This document shows positions 9,624 through 23,754 of a stretch of 64,000 nt of DNA, piece after piece. A program made the translations under genes and the position numbers. The stretch spans positions 992,001 through 1,056,000 of the forward strand of contig OZ361259.1 in the NCBI GenBank assembly GCA_977018835.1. The letters run 5' to 3'. The notes below the pieces were generated by a model that worked only from the letters and a program-made list of their open reading frames with translations, did not search any database and was not told the origin of the DNA. The DNA is from Minutocellus sp. GHC0000111. Lineage: Eukaryota. Each line of letters opens with the position of its first letter. The first letter of the stretch is position 1.

Positions 9624-12600
9624 GCTTTGAAGCAAAGCAGTTTGAGCATTTCTATTTCTCTGCTCAGAATTCCATCAGGTTGCTTTGCTCAAATCGGTTG
9701 AGCACAAAATCCGGTTGAAATTAGCATGGTTTTGCAACGAAGTGGTGGTGGTGGTGTCGTCCCGCTAAGTATAGCTTAAGTCTATCTAATAGAACCCTAT
9801 TTGAAAATAGGTAGCCGCACTTGCATTAGCAAGAGCACACATCATAATTTCATATAAACATAAAAAGATTGTAAATCACATGGCATCAATAGGACCAACT
9901 CACAAGTCTCGATCTCTCCAAGCATCATCAGGATTGTTGGCTGGAACAAATCCTTCGAAAGTAGCTGCCAGATTAAGTCTGGCTGACCTGCTCCTCGTAG
10001 TTCTTCTCAGTATGGGTACTTGTGTGTCTTCGTCGACGGATGCTATTACTGCAGCTACTGTAGCATTAGTAAGAGCATTTATCATCGGAGACATGGTGGC
10101 ACGCTCAATGCTCTGAGTCGAACAGGGAGACAGTTCGTTGACAGCTACTTCAACATCTTCAGCAGTAAACGGGTCTGTGATGATGTTATTGTTGTCGGTG
10201 AGGAGGGAGCATTGGACATAGGTAGGTCCATGACGAAAGTTGCAGCTATCACAAAAGGGCGGTTGGCTCAACGGTGATAGGCACGGTGGGCCAACACAAT
10301 CTGCACATTGACAGTTGCCGCAAACTGTAGAGGGCCTAGAGCGCTGCCGCCGACTCTTTTCACGGAAAAATGAGGTGTGTGCAACAGATTGCACTAGATA
10401 ACAAGGAATAGGCATATGCTTATCATGAGTTTGTGCATTGTGATAGCTTGATGTGCATTGACTAGGTGGCGGAGCTCCCTGGTCCCTCTCATGCCTCCCA
10501 CCCTTCGCCTGAGGACGGCTCAGGCAAAGGGAGATCTCTTTTTTTGTTCTTTTCTTTCTCCTTTTCCCTTTTCGTTATCAAATTACAGGCAGTCCGAGAT
10601 TATCTTCCAAATGACAATAAAAAGAAACTGTCTTTCCGTTGCAAGAACGTCGGCGCTCCCAGCCTCACATTTTTGGGAGAAAGATGGCGGCAAGAGCGAC
10701 GACCATAAGTAGACCGAAGGGATGACCCGAGCGACAACAGCCCTCGACAAATCAAGAAGCGAGGGCATAAAAGTGGATTCTAGTTGTTGTGCAGGATTGC
10801 GGAGATCAATCGGAACGAAGGGGATGCACGAATGAAAACTGCACAGCCGCAGAGCTGTTTGTGACAGGATGGTGCATGACAAACGAACAAATTCCTCGAA
10901 AGAGAAACCACAAAAAGAGCTGACTTAGTTCCCATCGACCCAGGCCTGAATGCGACGGTGCACTTCTACGGCGACACCAATGTCAAACAAAGATGGCTCT
11001 GCCTCCGTCCTCTCCGACAAGACTGCCTGCCACGTTGCTTCAATCGCTCCTGCCAAACGGCGCCTCTGGACCAAGGACATCATCGAGCCATGCCAGTTCG
11101 AGCTGCCAACTGGAAACGTGACCTTCGAACCAGAAGAAGAGTGGAAGCAACACGCTTCTCTCACCCGCCCGGCCTGCGCAGGATGACCGGTCCACCTCCC
11201 CCACACAACCGCAACCACGCAACCCCATCCTGCTGTCATCACTCCTTGTAACCCAAAATCTCAGCAATTGCCTCAGTCTCAGACATTTTGCATCCTTTCA
11301 CTTTGCCCTGTCGAGCCTCCTTCTTTTCCACTTGCTCCTTCGCTCGTTTGTTTCGAGAGATTTTCGCATTGATGATCTCCCCGTCCTGAACTCGAAAGAC
11401 CCCCTGCGACGCAAATTCAACTTGAGCGGCAGTTTTCTCATCCATCTTCATCACGTGCTTTGCCACGTGCCTCGCAGTAGCACGTGGAAATCATTGGCCC
11501 TCTCAATTAAAAAAATACCAATGACCCCCAAAAAAGTTTGCATGGCTGCACCATGTCAAACGAGCACATCACGTGTCGGCACAGATGCGTCGATTCTCGC
11601 TTGCCTCAAAATGAAACATGTCGCGCCAACAAAGAGCAAATGCAAGTGCAGCAAGCAATCTCTCACTTAGTGAGGCAATGTGTTTCGTCGAAAAGAGGGA
11701 CCGCAGAAGCGGCCCTGTTGCGGCGCGAGAGCATGCTGCCCTGCGACGGTTTTGTGCCAGCTTCTGCGTGCATGAGCAAAAAGACACAAAGAATTTCGCA
11801 TCTTCAGTTTCGAGGACTTTCTGTTCGATTTTTTTTGGTCCCGGCTTCGGCAAACACGCGTGGGCTAGGTCCCCCCACGAATGTTTTTATGTTGGCGATG
11901 CCGGCGCGGGTTTTTTGTTACAATTTTATTGGGACATGAAGAAAAGCATTTTCATGCAAGTCCGTCCGTCAACCGCCTTCTGACACGCCGGATCGCTCTG
12001 TGCCCACACAAAAAAGAGGAACCATGATGTGTTGTCTCGTTTTTGATTGAAGATGCCGTCTGATCGTTTGCTGATCTTCAACTTCCAATGATTGAAGGTG
12101 GTAGCGCTCAATCTTGCCGTTCATGTGCTGTCTTTTGAGCCACATCTCTCAACTTCTTCCCTCTCAAAACACGTCGCACATGGCTCGGCCTGCTTTTTCC
12201 GGCTTTGTTTTGCTTCTTTCTTTCGGCTCTTTCATGCCCAAAATCAAAGATGCGAGGCTGAAATCACATCAAACAATCAACCAAAAGCAGGACAACGTGG
12301 GGATGTGCTCACTGTTGGGTTTGGAGAACGATGGGTCGAACAGCCGTCGGCGGAAGCTCCCATGGTGCGAAGCAAAAAGACTTTCTCCGCAGAGCGCACG
12401 ACATTGCGTGATGCGATTCGCCCCACACCTTAGGTCATTGGTAGTTACTATTATTTTTGGGCCATGAAGCAGCACAACTCCCACACAACGTCGCGCAATT
12501 TTTGGGCCAAAACCACTCCAGACCTTAGGCAACTGCAAGACAAAGCAGCAAACAGGACAACACCAGAAATCTCGGCCGGGACCAACATTCGAGTGGCACA

Positions 12601-14297
12601 GCTTGCCAATGTGACTCAATCGACTCTAGAATTTTAGCTAACCCAGGGCTAACCCCTAACCCCGAAGCCGCAAAAATCTACAACTACTAACCCCCCAAAC
12701 CCAACCCAAACCATCCAATGCTCATCCCATGCACCACAGCTAATATCCCTATCAATCTACTCTACATCCTACACCTCCTTCCCCGTCTATTCTTCCTCCA
12801 ACCCTATCTTCATCCCAATTTTCAACTCAATCAAAAAATCACCCCACCAACACTACCAAACCATGTAAATCTACAACTACTAACTCCCTAACCCTAACCA
12901 TCCAATGCTCATCCCATACACCACAGCTAATATCCCTATCAACCTACTCTACATCCTATTCCTCCTTCCCCGTCTATTCTTCCTCCAACCCTATCTTCAC
13001 CTCCAAACTCCACCACTCAAAATGACGCCACCAACACTACCAAACCATGTAAATCTACAACTACTAACCCCCCAAACCCAACCCAAACCATCCAATGCTC
13101 ATCCCATGCACCACAGCTAATATCCCTATCAATCTACTCTACATCCTACACCTCCTTCCCCGTCTATTCTTCCTCCAACCCTATCTTCACCTCCAAATTC
13201 CACTCAAAATGACGCCACCAACACTACCAAACCATGTAAATCTACAACTGCTAACCCCCCAAACCCAACCCAAACCATCCAATGCTCATCCCATACACCA
13301 CAGCTAACATCCCTATCAATCTACTCTACATCCTACACCTCCTTCCCCGTCTATTCTTCCTCCAACACTAGAGTTTCCTCGCTTCAATTCAGAAGAAGGC
13401 AGAACCGTTCTCTTCCTGAAGGGACAACAGCATCCAGATGGAAGCGGTGATACGTGTTCCTCCCTATCCATCGTTGGAGGAACCGGCTGCTTTCGAGGTG
13501 TTCCCAATAGTCAAGTAATCCTTCGCAGTGGTACCAAATTCCTCTTTGATGACCTGTACCAGCCCTCAGATGATTTGGCCACAAAATTTGTACTCAACTT
13601 GTTTCCTCGTGAGATTCCCGAGCATGGTGACTGCATCGATGATGAAGATTCCGATTATGATTATTATGGTGGTGACTATTATGACTATTATGACTACCAT
13701 GATTATTATCTATAAGAGAGCAATCTTCTTAGTTACTGTTCCTCACTCTTTGTGAAAGTTGATTGCCATGATCACCCAATTAAAAATTGAGACATCTTGC
13801 ATTGCCTACATCCTTATGCTAAAACTAGAACGACCGGAGATCATGCAACCCCAGAGCGAAGCTCCAAATGCAGGTGTTCGAGCCTTCTATGTCGTCCCTG
13901 CTCATGAAGGACCGTTAAGGCTGTTTTTGCATCCACCGATCCTCTTCCCCCGGCGCCCTGGCAGTGTTAAGTTTGAGCTAGTTCAAAAGCCCTGTGTTGA
14001 CCGATATTTTTGTAGTTAGCCGGTTGGCCTCGCGCCGAGAGACTTGAGTCCTTAACTGTCCACCAATCAGTGACATCCCAGCTTCAAGGAAATGTGACTC
14101 CAGTCGCATAGATGGAGACACCACTCACAAAAGTAACCACATGCATGTCCACTTCACCACACATGTGTTCACCTTCGTGTTTGGGCGTCCAGCCTGTAAT
14201 CAACATCTCCCACAGGTTCATCCTACCTAGCCGGGTGGCTTTCCTTTCCGGTTCCGAGGTGGCTTCGTGGCCTCCCAGAGGCGGTGCACCATGCACT
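9624..14297. repeat. Direct segmental duplication, copy B (+686 bp at 11779-12464, +1 satellite unit in 12674-13366)
   Basis: Alignment to 1-3801, confirmed by ORF-track offsets. Confidence 0.97.
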
Positions 14298-15654
14298 GTT
14301 TGACCGCGCAGTTGGTGACTATGTACAAGTAGATGATGCATATATTTTCGACGCAAGATCTTTTCCGATGATGTCATGACCCAATTGTGGTTGCGTGCTA
14401 GTGACTATTCTTCTAATGAAGCTCAAGTTCAGGCTTTGAAGTATGCAGAGTATGTCGGCAGCTTGCCTCAATTTCTTCGCAAGCACGTTCGAGTGGCTCA
14501 AATACTCGGTGGTGATTATCCCGCGGGTGGAAGTCCAGGTGGCTTCGCACTGTTTCATTCTGGCAGAGATTACTCAATTTTGGGAGGGCAGAATGGAGGC
14601 GATGTTTTTGAAGAACTTACAGTTCATGAAGCCACCCACATCATCGACCCATGCAAGCCCTACACCTTTCGACTTGGAATGTGCAACGGCGCAGCCGAAT
14701 GAGCCCTCTGGGTCAAATTGGAGTGATGGTGTCGACAACTCCGTGTGGTACACTTTCGTTGCACCTGCCTCTGGTTCTGTGGAGATCGAGACGGTCGAGG
14801 GTCCGAATGGAGAAAGTTTCGACACACAGCTTGCCCTTTACGTTGTAGATGGCGTGGTGTCTGACTTTTCAACATTTGTGGAACTTGCTTCTGATGACGA
14901 TGGTGGAAGCTCTTTTGAATTTGCATCGCTCGTTGTTGCTGAAGTATCTCCAGGCGCAACATGTTACGTTCAGGTCGATGGCTGGCTATCAAGGAGATGC
15001 AGGCATCGCACAGCTGGAAATTCGTGAGCAGGCACCAGCGACATTACCACCCACACCCTCTCCGACCAAGACACCAACAAGGGTTCCCAGTGAAGTCCCT
15101 ACAATAGCAAACACCAATGCAGATCCTACAACAGCACCCACCAATCCACCCACCCAGGCCCCGGTCACCACGCCCTGCAGCGACAGTCCCCTCAGACTCA
15201 AAATCCTCAAGAATGGGAGCATCATTACTAGGCCCTGTGAATGGGTTGCAAGAACAGACACAGCAGAGCGTTGCAATCTCACTGGAGTGTCTGCCGCCTG
15301 TCCACCTGTGGAAGCTGCGACACTTGCGCCGATCCTAGGTTGCGATTCAAATTCTACTACAACAATAACGACATCGCACGAAGCTGCGAATTCGTAGGTC
15401 GTGTCGAAAGCAAAATAAGCGGTCGATGTGCAGCATCGCAGAACATTTGCCGTCTGACATGTGGCACATGTTCGGCACTGGCTCCGGTCGCCACCAATCC
15501 TGCTGAAGCATTGAGAAGCAAAAGTGGTAAGTCCCGCACCATGGGTGGCAGCAAAAGTTCAAAAAGTGGAACCAGGCAAACAGGTGGCAGTAAGAGCAAG
15601 AACTCAGGTGGCAGTAGGAGCAGGAGCAAACAGGGTGGTCCTCCGAAGGTCTGA
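14298..15654 (+). pseudogene. Frameshifted extracellular mosaic protein: HEXXH segment, PPC-like beta domain, PT stalk, two Cys-rich domains, Ser/Lys/Gly tail
   Basis: Across 4 overlapping ORFs: EELTVHEATH; SVWYTFVAP...FDTQLALY...DDDGG...YVQVDG; PTPSPTKTPT; CSDSPLR...CEWV...RC; SKSGK..SKSSKSG. Confidence 0.7.
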
Positions 15655-16513
15655 TGCGGAAACGAAATCTTTTGACGCGCGCGAAGTTAGTGCGACACAC
15701 GGAGATTGGTAACTTTTGTATGTTTGTTATATGTGGATATTGGAAACTCTCGTATGTTTACTATAAACACCGCATCCAGCTAAGAAGGGGGCCGGTGGCG
15801 GGGGATGAGCGGAAATAATTAATTAGCTAGCGGAAACCAACAACCACATCGTTGTACCTACCATCTTGCGAGTAATTCCCTAACCCTAACAGGCGCATCG
15901 CATGCTGCTATTGTTTCTGTGCCGAGATGTCGCCGTCGTTCTGATCAAGGCCCGTCATGGTGGCCGAAGGTTTTTCTTGGTGCAAGTAATTGTTGATCCC
16001 GCCCTTTGCCACCACGCGCGCACAACGCGGTGAGCACCGTTCCCCTTCTCGTCCGTCGGCATCCCCTGAAACGCAACATAATCATCCTCCGTTAGTTTCA
16101 TGACGTTGGCATAAGTCAAAGCCGTCGTCTTGGTAAACTGTAAAACTTGGATACCATATCCAGTTGCAGCGTGTTAAGAGGGGTCATAGTAAGAGTCTTC
16201 TCCGCTGCTTTCGATCCCTCCACCTCCTTGACTACTGCGGTCATCTGAGAAACCGTGGCCTTGTTGGCACAAGTGAGGAGCAACAGGTAGAACTGTCACA
16301 AGTAGATCATTCTGCATCGATACCATTTGCTTGAAGAAAATCCGTCTAGGGGTTCCGGAGATATCGTCATTTAGGCTTTTCCAGGACTCGAGGGTTTGAG
16401 GCTTTGCAAAGGGGCTCGGCTACCCCATACAGTAACAATCGGACTAGGTGGAGCGCCACAGCAGCACTTCTACTCGCGGAGAGGGACTTTGTAGTGTTTC
16501 TATACGTTGCAAA

Positions 16514-17255
16514 TTACCTACCTTGATGTGGGACGCAGCGAACAAAAAGAGCATCACCTACAATATTACTCGAACATTTATTGTATTGTTGGTTCGACCA
16601 TGGAGCTCTCATAAAGTTATGTTCCAAAAAGTAGGCAACTTTGCTGCTGCCACCACCATTGAAATGAAGCATGCCCACATCGGGAAGTTTTTCTGCATAC
16701 GGCTGATATTTCCTTCTCCACTTATCTGTCACTGACATATCCCAGCCATCAGAGAGCACATTGACCTTTTCAGGGTAAGTGTAATTCACAGCCATGTAGA
16801 TCAATTGATAATTTGGATCCTGTTTAAATTTTTCGGAGACTTTTGTGATGTTAGGAACAGATTGGGCCAACGCCCATATTTCTGGAACACGCTGAACAGC
16901 ATCCATCACTACAAATGCCGATGTCAAAGATCCACCCCAGTGAAACAACGCGTCTGGGTGTGGTTCAATTTCATTACTCCAAAGCTCGTCTAGGTTTGCC
17001 ATGACCACGACATCAGTATCCAAGTAAAGCATGTCTTTTATCGAAGAAGAGACAAACTTATGTGCAATCAATTAAAAAAAAAACAATTGTGTGTGCTGAG
17101 GTAGCGCGGACAATTTTGAAGTCTGAACTGAGTGTTGAATTGTATGTTTTCACTATCAAATCTTCCAGCCAACTTATGTCCGCTTCAACATCATATGCGT
17201 GAACTTCAATTGGATTGCGGGTATTCCATGTGGTGAGATTTGTCCTGCTAGACAT
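16514..17255 (-). pseudogene. GT8-like glycosyltransferase, frameshifted at a homopolymer (~17073-17083), truncated
   Basis: LYLDTDVVVMANLDELW (DxD) and LHFNG motifs. Confidence 0.7.
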
Positions 17256-17642
17256 GGTCGACGCGGTGCCGCTTCTTGCGGCGTTTCATGTTGTTTTGCA
17301 TAAAAAATAGGAAGAGGGCGGCAAACTGTATGGTGGCAGCTCAATTTGCTTCTATTTATTGTTGTCTAACTTATTATCCATGTGTTTCGCCCCCCTCATC
17401 TCCCCTGCTGCCGTCCTCATCACATGCCACACAGGCACCACCCGCCAAGCTCACGCGTGTTTGCCAAAACCGGGACCAAAAAAATCGAACAGAAAGATCT
17501 TGCGGCAAACACTGCACGACATGTTCGAACTTCTTTGAAATCTCAATGAGGGGAATGTTGTGTTCAATTGATGTTTTTTTGAATCCGTAAATTCTAGATG
17601 GCGGTTGGCGATGCCACAAGATTCCATTCCAATTGACAAGAA

Positions 17643-18380
17643 TTACTCCCAGACCTTTGAGTATAAGAGAAAGAGAGAGGTCACACACCGATTGTGCCTC
17701 GTAAGGCCTGACATTTCAAAAATTGCAACATCTTCGTCACCACGTAAATCATTGCAGTGACATGTGAATCGCGGTCCAGTTCCACCTTTCGCATGATTTC
17801 GAATTTCCACATCGATATTAAGGTGTGGTGAGAGCGTCAAATAAGATTGAAGGGCGGAAACAAATCCCTGGTGGTCAGCAGCAACAGAGTCGCCAAGCAC
17901 ACCTGCAATGAGTGCCTTGCTGGACTCTGGCGAAATGATTTTGCGATGAATTGCCCTAGATATTCCATTCAAAGAATCTTTTGGAATTGTGAAACTATTG
18001 CTAAAACATGGGTCTTTGTTCGAGCGCTCAAGAATCCCCAAGATTGTGCTATTTGACACTTCCTGACGTCTAGACCATTGGGCGAAGAGATCTTTCTCGA
18101 TTTTGAAGGTCTGATTTTTTGGCAGGTCTTCTCTTCTAAATACTTCATCTGTCTTGCTAAATTTGAATTCGATGGCTCCACGATCCAAACCCAGAAAAAG
18201 AGCTCCGAAAATCATTCCCATCACGAAGGCAAACACATGGCCAATGATTTTTTTCCATTTTAGAGGCGCACCGGAAAAGTGCGATGGCAACAAATTAGGC
18301 AACAAGGACGTCCTTAAGAGGCGCTCTCTGACTCTACGACCTAAACGGTGGTAGATGGCTGCTGACTCAGGCAAGACCAT
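17643..18380 (-). pseudogene. Type-II membrane SGNH/GDSL-like protein, 3'-truncated
   Basis: TM segment followed by VLGDSVAA and NHAKGGTG blocks. Confidence 0.6.
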
Positions 18381-19025
18381 CCCTCATCGCGATCGAGCTT
18401 ACTTCCGCCTTCCAAAGTTCCTTTGGAACTGATTCGAGGAGGGTCTAAGGGGGGTGTTGGATTTGGACTGTATCCACTACCCCGAATTATGATTCTTCTG
18501 TGTAAGGGAAATCACTCCAAATCTTTCTCTCGACGAACCCAATGACGCAAGCAATCGGAATGCGAAGGATGCCGGTGAAGAACCAGCCAGCTGTTTTTCT
18601 GCCTAATCACGGTGTCATTCATTAAGTACACATGTCTATCTCTTCTTTATTTGTTACTCTATTGAGTTGTCTCAATAGATCCTTTCTCTCATGTTCTTTC
18701 GGAGAAGTTGTCCTCGGTGAGCACATTAGAAATGTCAATGCTGATCACCGATGAACACTCCAGAACATCCCAGATTCGGAGGAATTCATAGGAACATGTT
18801 CCTTGAGCTTCCTCCAGATCGTGGGATGTCAAATACTTAATCTGAGCTTGTTCTCCCCATTCATTCTGTGGTGAGAGCAAGCTCACACTGAACAGTGCTT
18901 CCTACGAAGCACCCCCTTAGTAAATGAACTTTCATCTACTTCTACTGAAGCATTCAGCTCTACCTTGCATCGAGGGACGCCTCCATTGAATCTATTGATT
19001 GTTGTATTGTAGCTGCTGTCTACTT

Positions 19026-20637
19026 CTACCACATTACCGCTCCAACAGTCCCTTCAAAGGAAGACCATTGATTGCGCCTCGACCCATCAAGAAACTTTGT
19101 GTGTCTTTCAATGGAACGCGTGATTCCACCAGCCTTCCGCAGATGAATAACCGCAGGAGTAATCTGATTAGTGAGATTAAAGGAAGGCATCTGGTCCCCC
19201 GTAGTGTGGTGCGCAATTGGTTGCAAGGGCTGATTGAGGTTTGAAAACATGGGCCAATACTTTCAGTCCCAACAAAGTTTGGCGACACAAAAAATTCGTT
19301 GAGGGATGAAACAAATTGTTGACACCATATTCACTGAACAATGGCCGACCTGTCTTTTCATAGATGGCATTGTTCTTGAGAAAGCAGGTGCACGGTGCAA
19401 CCATGGTCTCATGGATGTTCTAAGAGTTGTAGAGTGAGATTAGAAATGTCAACAATGCAAGGCTTCCATTAGAAATAAAAACAAGTAAGACACACAAAAA
19501 TAATCCCTCTTGTCGCCAAACGTAGGCACAAACCGTAGCGCCACCAACCTTGTTGCCACACCCAGGAGTAGTCAAGAAACTGTACATGTACAGTCTTACA
19601 GCATCTGAATAGGAATCATACTTGTACAATTCCAATCCCTCCTCTTGATACCGCCAGACGAGGTAGCGGCCCATGTCATTGACGGACACTAAGCAGTAAG
19701 GTCCACAACTTTTGCGAATAATGCTCAAAGCATCATTTATGACTCTATTCTGATCTGAGTACCGCGCGCGAGACAAAATGAATTGAAATCCTGTCTTCTT
19801 TTGATGTCTTTCAACTTCTAAAGAATCAACAAAGTCCCAGGGCAAGGCGAATTTGATGCATTGAGGGTCAAAACTGTTATAGAATTTCACGAAATCGTCC
19901 ATATCCTGATCGTTAGTTTCTTCATAGTAAAACAGAAGAATGAGTGGGCATGGATGTAACCCACCCCAGTGCTCTTCGCTGAGAAATTTTCTCTTATCCT
20001 TTGGTTGAGCCATTGCTTCCTTTACGGCTCTAGTGTACTTGGCCTCTGCGCCGTCTGGTTTACACTCGTTGCCATTAAGGGGTGAATGGTTGGCAAAATA
20101 CTCTTCCAATGCGTGATGGAGGAGTTTGGAGAACAATCTTTTATTCTCCGTAACATTCAAACCTTCCAGAATTTTGCTGGGCCTGTTTGGTGAGAAGTTT
20201 TTCCCGGAGTTCTTACTGTTTCCTTTTTTTCTTGAATTCTTACTGCTATCGGTAGATACACCGTGATAGATGGTGCCGTTATTGAATACATAGTCAGCAG
20301 AGTTGGAAGTCTTTGGATGACAACAAGGCTTTCGCCACGATCCCATAAATGGAATATTCTTTAAAACAGTGAATTTCTGATCCAAACGAAAGTGGAGCCC
20401 GACTCTGACCCATTCCAGGGAATTGTTTGTTTCATTCTTCCCTTTTGATTCACTCTTGCTTACATTCAGAACGTCAGCTCCATGCCATCCGTTCTCATCA
20501 CTCACGTAGTACTCAATGAAATCACCTACATTGATTTCATCCGGAGATACGATAAGACGAGGGTCAAAATGGCTCTTATAGTGACGAACCATGTCTGCGT
20601 CACTATTGATTCTATGCTGTATCATTCTTGCCGCCAT
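19026..20637 (-). CDS. Unknown protein (Tudor/Agenet-like N-terminal segment), probably spliced and degenerate at the 3' end
   Basis: 405-aa ORF 19420-20637 plus downstream ORFs. VGDFIEYY...GWHGADV. A 41-bp tandem duplication lies at its start (20602-20683). Confidence 0.4.
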
Positions 20638-21129
20638 TTCTGACTATTGATTCTATGCTGTATCATTCTTGCCGCCATTTCTGCCATTGGCAATTCCACA
20701 TCACGTACTGTACTGGGTTGCCACTCAACAATATTCTCTGTTTCTCTATTTCAGTGGCTCTTGAGTTGTGGTTCCAACCTGTTCGGAACAGTCGGATTTG
20801 ATGTGCATTAATGAAATATGTGCTGTCGACTCCTGATCTCTCTGCAAGAAGGCCAAGACATCCTCATGCTTCACATAGCGAACAGTTCCAATGTTGTGGT
20901 GATACGACAAACACTGTATGAATGAATGCGATGTAAGGAAGCCACAACTTTGGCAGTATGGCGGAAAATTTGTTTCCGGATACTCCTCGAAGCTGGTGTA
21001 ATATTTTTGTGAACTGTTCCGAATTTCAAATTGGAGACACTTTTTTGTTGCATTTCCCAATGTAGTCAGGCTTCACAGATTCGACAATGTTCAAATGCCC
21101 CAAGAACATTTCGATTCTGTCCAAAGCAA

Positions 21130-23095
21130 CATAGGAGTCATCTGTTTTCATTGCATAGAAAGAGCAAATTAAAATTATCTACTTCCTCGGGTACTCCACC
21201 TTGCAAATCCAGTGGCTCCAAAGACCTCACCGCTATGGCAAGGCCACCGGTGTGCTCTTTCAATTGGGCTACATGCTGAGCAAGCAATCCATTGTGCAGG
21301 CTGATGACTACCACCCTGTCGCCCTGTCACACATCAAAACCTCTTGCAATTGCAGCAGAATACATCACATTCTTGCCTCCGCCACATTTCATGTGAACAA
21401 AAGTGTGGCGACTATCATTTGTATTTTCAAAATGAAGCGCAGCTTCTTCTTGCGCTCCTGGCCAAAGAGAAGAGCCCGGCCCGTGCATTCTCTGCGCAGC
21501 TAAATTCAAGAGCTCAACTCCCACCGGGCCATTTGCTGCTACATGATTCTGAAGCAAAGGAAATGAGGCCACCTCCTCACCAAGAGCCCACCACTGCTTC
21601 TGCGCCGCTACAATTTCAGAATTCATAATTTCTCCACCTGGAGCACGGCTCATTATGTCGCAACCGTACCGTGCAACTCGTCAAGGGTTCAAACAGTGTG
21701 GTGGATCGCCTTCCCACTTCTGGAGAAATAGACAGCTTCTGCATGTTGTCAGGCCAAATAAAATTCAAATACGATGCGAGAGACTGCCGATTGTTTTTTA
21801 TTCCTCCAAGAGACTGGCTGTTGAGGGAGAGGAGGTGCATGCCATGCACCAATTTATCCAGCTCATTCACTGCTGGTGCTGACACGCCCTCTGTCCGCTC
21901 CACGTCCGGCAGCAACGCCAACTCTATCATCACTACCCTCCTCGTGGCCGACGGCGACATGTAGTGATCTTGTAGATGGCTGCTATCTACGCCATGGCGC
22001 ACTCCCTTGTTGGATTTCATTTGGAATCGGAGAGAATTGAATGCAATGATGGACTCGGAGATTGGCGGATAGTTTACCGCCTCGGTCATGCGGCAGATTC
22101 CAAGGCTAAGATACGCCCTAGAAAATATGGCACAAGTCTTGAGGGTGGCTATGTAGCTTTCTCTGCGATGAAAATGAAAGAAAGGAAAAATACTGTTAGA
22201 CTTCATTTACAAAATGTAAAATAAATGACGATGAATTTTCACTTACCGGCATCCGGATCATCATAAGAAATAGCAACATCCTTCAAACACAGTCTTTCCT
22301 CTGCGCCGCCATCGTTCTTGTAAATCACAGAAGTATTTGTACCTCCAGTGTCCATAGAAATGGGATTGTGCACATTACAAAAGAGATTTCTGTGATTCTC
22401 TGATGGAATCAACATTTTGAGAGCCTCATCAACCTCCGCATTTGCTCGGGGTGTAAATTTTCTAAATTGAGACTGCCTAATAGATATCCCATTGATAACA
22501 GTCTCACCGGTCTGAGAATCTACCGCCTTTTTTAGCACCTTTCTGGTGTTTGCCTCAATGGCTCGACCGGAGCGGATGCGCGTACAAATAGCGGCAAGGG
22601 CGCTGCTGTCCTTGTAGTCATAAATTGCTCTCTGCAAGTGCTGAAGGGCTTGGTCGTGGCTCCACTTATTAAAATAGCCTTGCTGCAGCTGTGGCTCAGC
22701 AGAGCGTGCCGCACCAGCCGAAGAAGCACGTTGACAGACCTAGAAACACCATTTCCACCTCTCATCATCACGCCGCTGCCAATCTTCTTCAGACTCATGG
22801 CTGCCACATGCATTTCAAGCATGGCCACTCCATGAGCAAGCTCAGGCTCGTCTAACATGGTGGTAACAACAATGTCGGGGACAACTCCGGCCTCCATCAC
22901 CAGTTTTGCTGCCATCTTCATCCGGTCCTCTACACCATTGTCAAGCTCATCAAGAATGTGATTTACACTTTCCAGATGGGGCTGCATCTTAGGCCATTTC
23001 TGCCTAGATAAAAAGCAGAGAAGGCGAGTCGCGCACTGGACCAAATCTTTGTGCGCGCCCACCTCAGTTGAGGTAAAAGTGCTGCTCCTGCTCAT
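21130..23095 (-). pseudogene. Degenerate tyrosine-recombinase-like domain fused to RecQ-like SF2 helicase N-terminus
   Basis: CRMTE ... SNK ... HYMSP ... NNRQSL ... HHT, then Walker A-like MKCGGGKN and motif Ia-like VVVISLHNGLLAQHV. Several frameshifts. Confidence 0.55.
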
Positions 23096-23109
23096 GTCCT
23101 GTCATTTTC

Positions 23110-23754
23110 ATGGTTGAAGTGGGGTCGGAGGTCAGCATCGACGGGACACATGTAGAGGAGAAAAAGTGTGGTCGACATGTTGGAGCAATCAATCAGCGTC
23201 AACGTCTAGTTGTTCCAGATTCTAGCTTAGACACTACGATTGATCACAGATGGATGCATCCATCCGCGATCGCCTACCAGCCACTGACCTGTCGCTGGCC
23301 GGCGCCTTCGTCGCTGACCGGTATTTTGTACTTGTGCCGATTCCTGCATGCAGTTACTTACCGGAAAAATTCATGCTTCCGACCTCCTCTTTGCAACAGC
23401 TGTAACTTCCGTCATGGCCCAACACATGCCCAATGTTCCCGCACCGAGGCCGTCATCGCAGAGCCGTTTACTGCCGATGACATTGAAACAGCTTTCAACG
23501 AACTGTCTCCCTGTTCAAACCAGAGCACCGAGCGCGCTACCGTGTCCCCCATGATCAACGCTCTTGCTAACAATGCTGCAGCAGCATCTGTAACAGCAAC
23601 GGTCGAGGACGACACAGAAGTGACCGCACCGAGAAGAACAACTAGGAGCCAATCAACCAGACTTAATCTGGCAGCTACCTTCAAAGGCTTCGTACCGGCC
23701 AACAATCCCAACGCTTGGAGAGACCGAGACCTGGAACAGATCTACAAGTTCTGA
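23110..23754 (+). CDS. Homologue of the 277-792 element ORF, followed by terminus at 23844-23931
   Basis: Shared CNSCNFRHGPT...FNELSPCS...LNLAATFKGFVPANNP...WRDRDL. Confidence 0.6.
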   Translation: MVEVGSEVSIDGTHVEEKKCGRHVGAINQRQRLVVPDSSLDTTIDHRWMHPSAIAYQPLTCRWPAPSSLTGILYLCRFLHAVTYRKNSCFRPPLCNSCNFRHGPTHAQCSRTEAVIAEPFTADDIETAFNELSPCSNQSTERATVSPMINALANNAAAASVTATVEDDTEVTAPRRTTRSQSTRLNLAATFKGFVPANNPNAWRDRDLEQIYKF

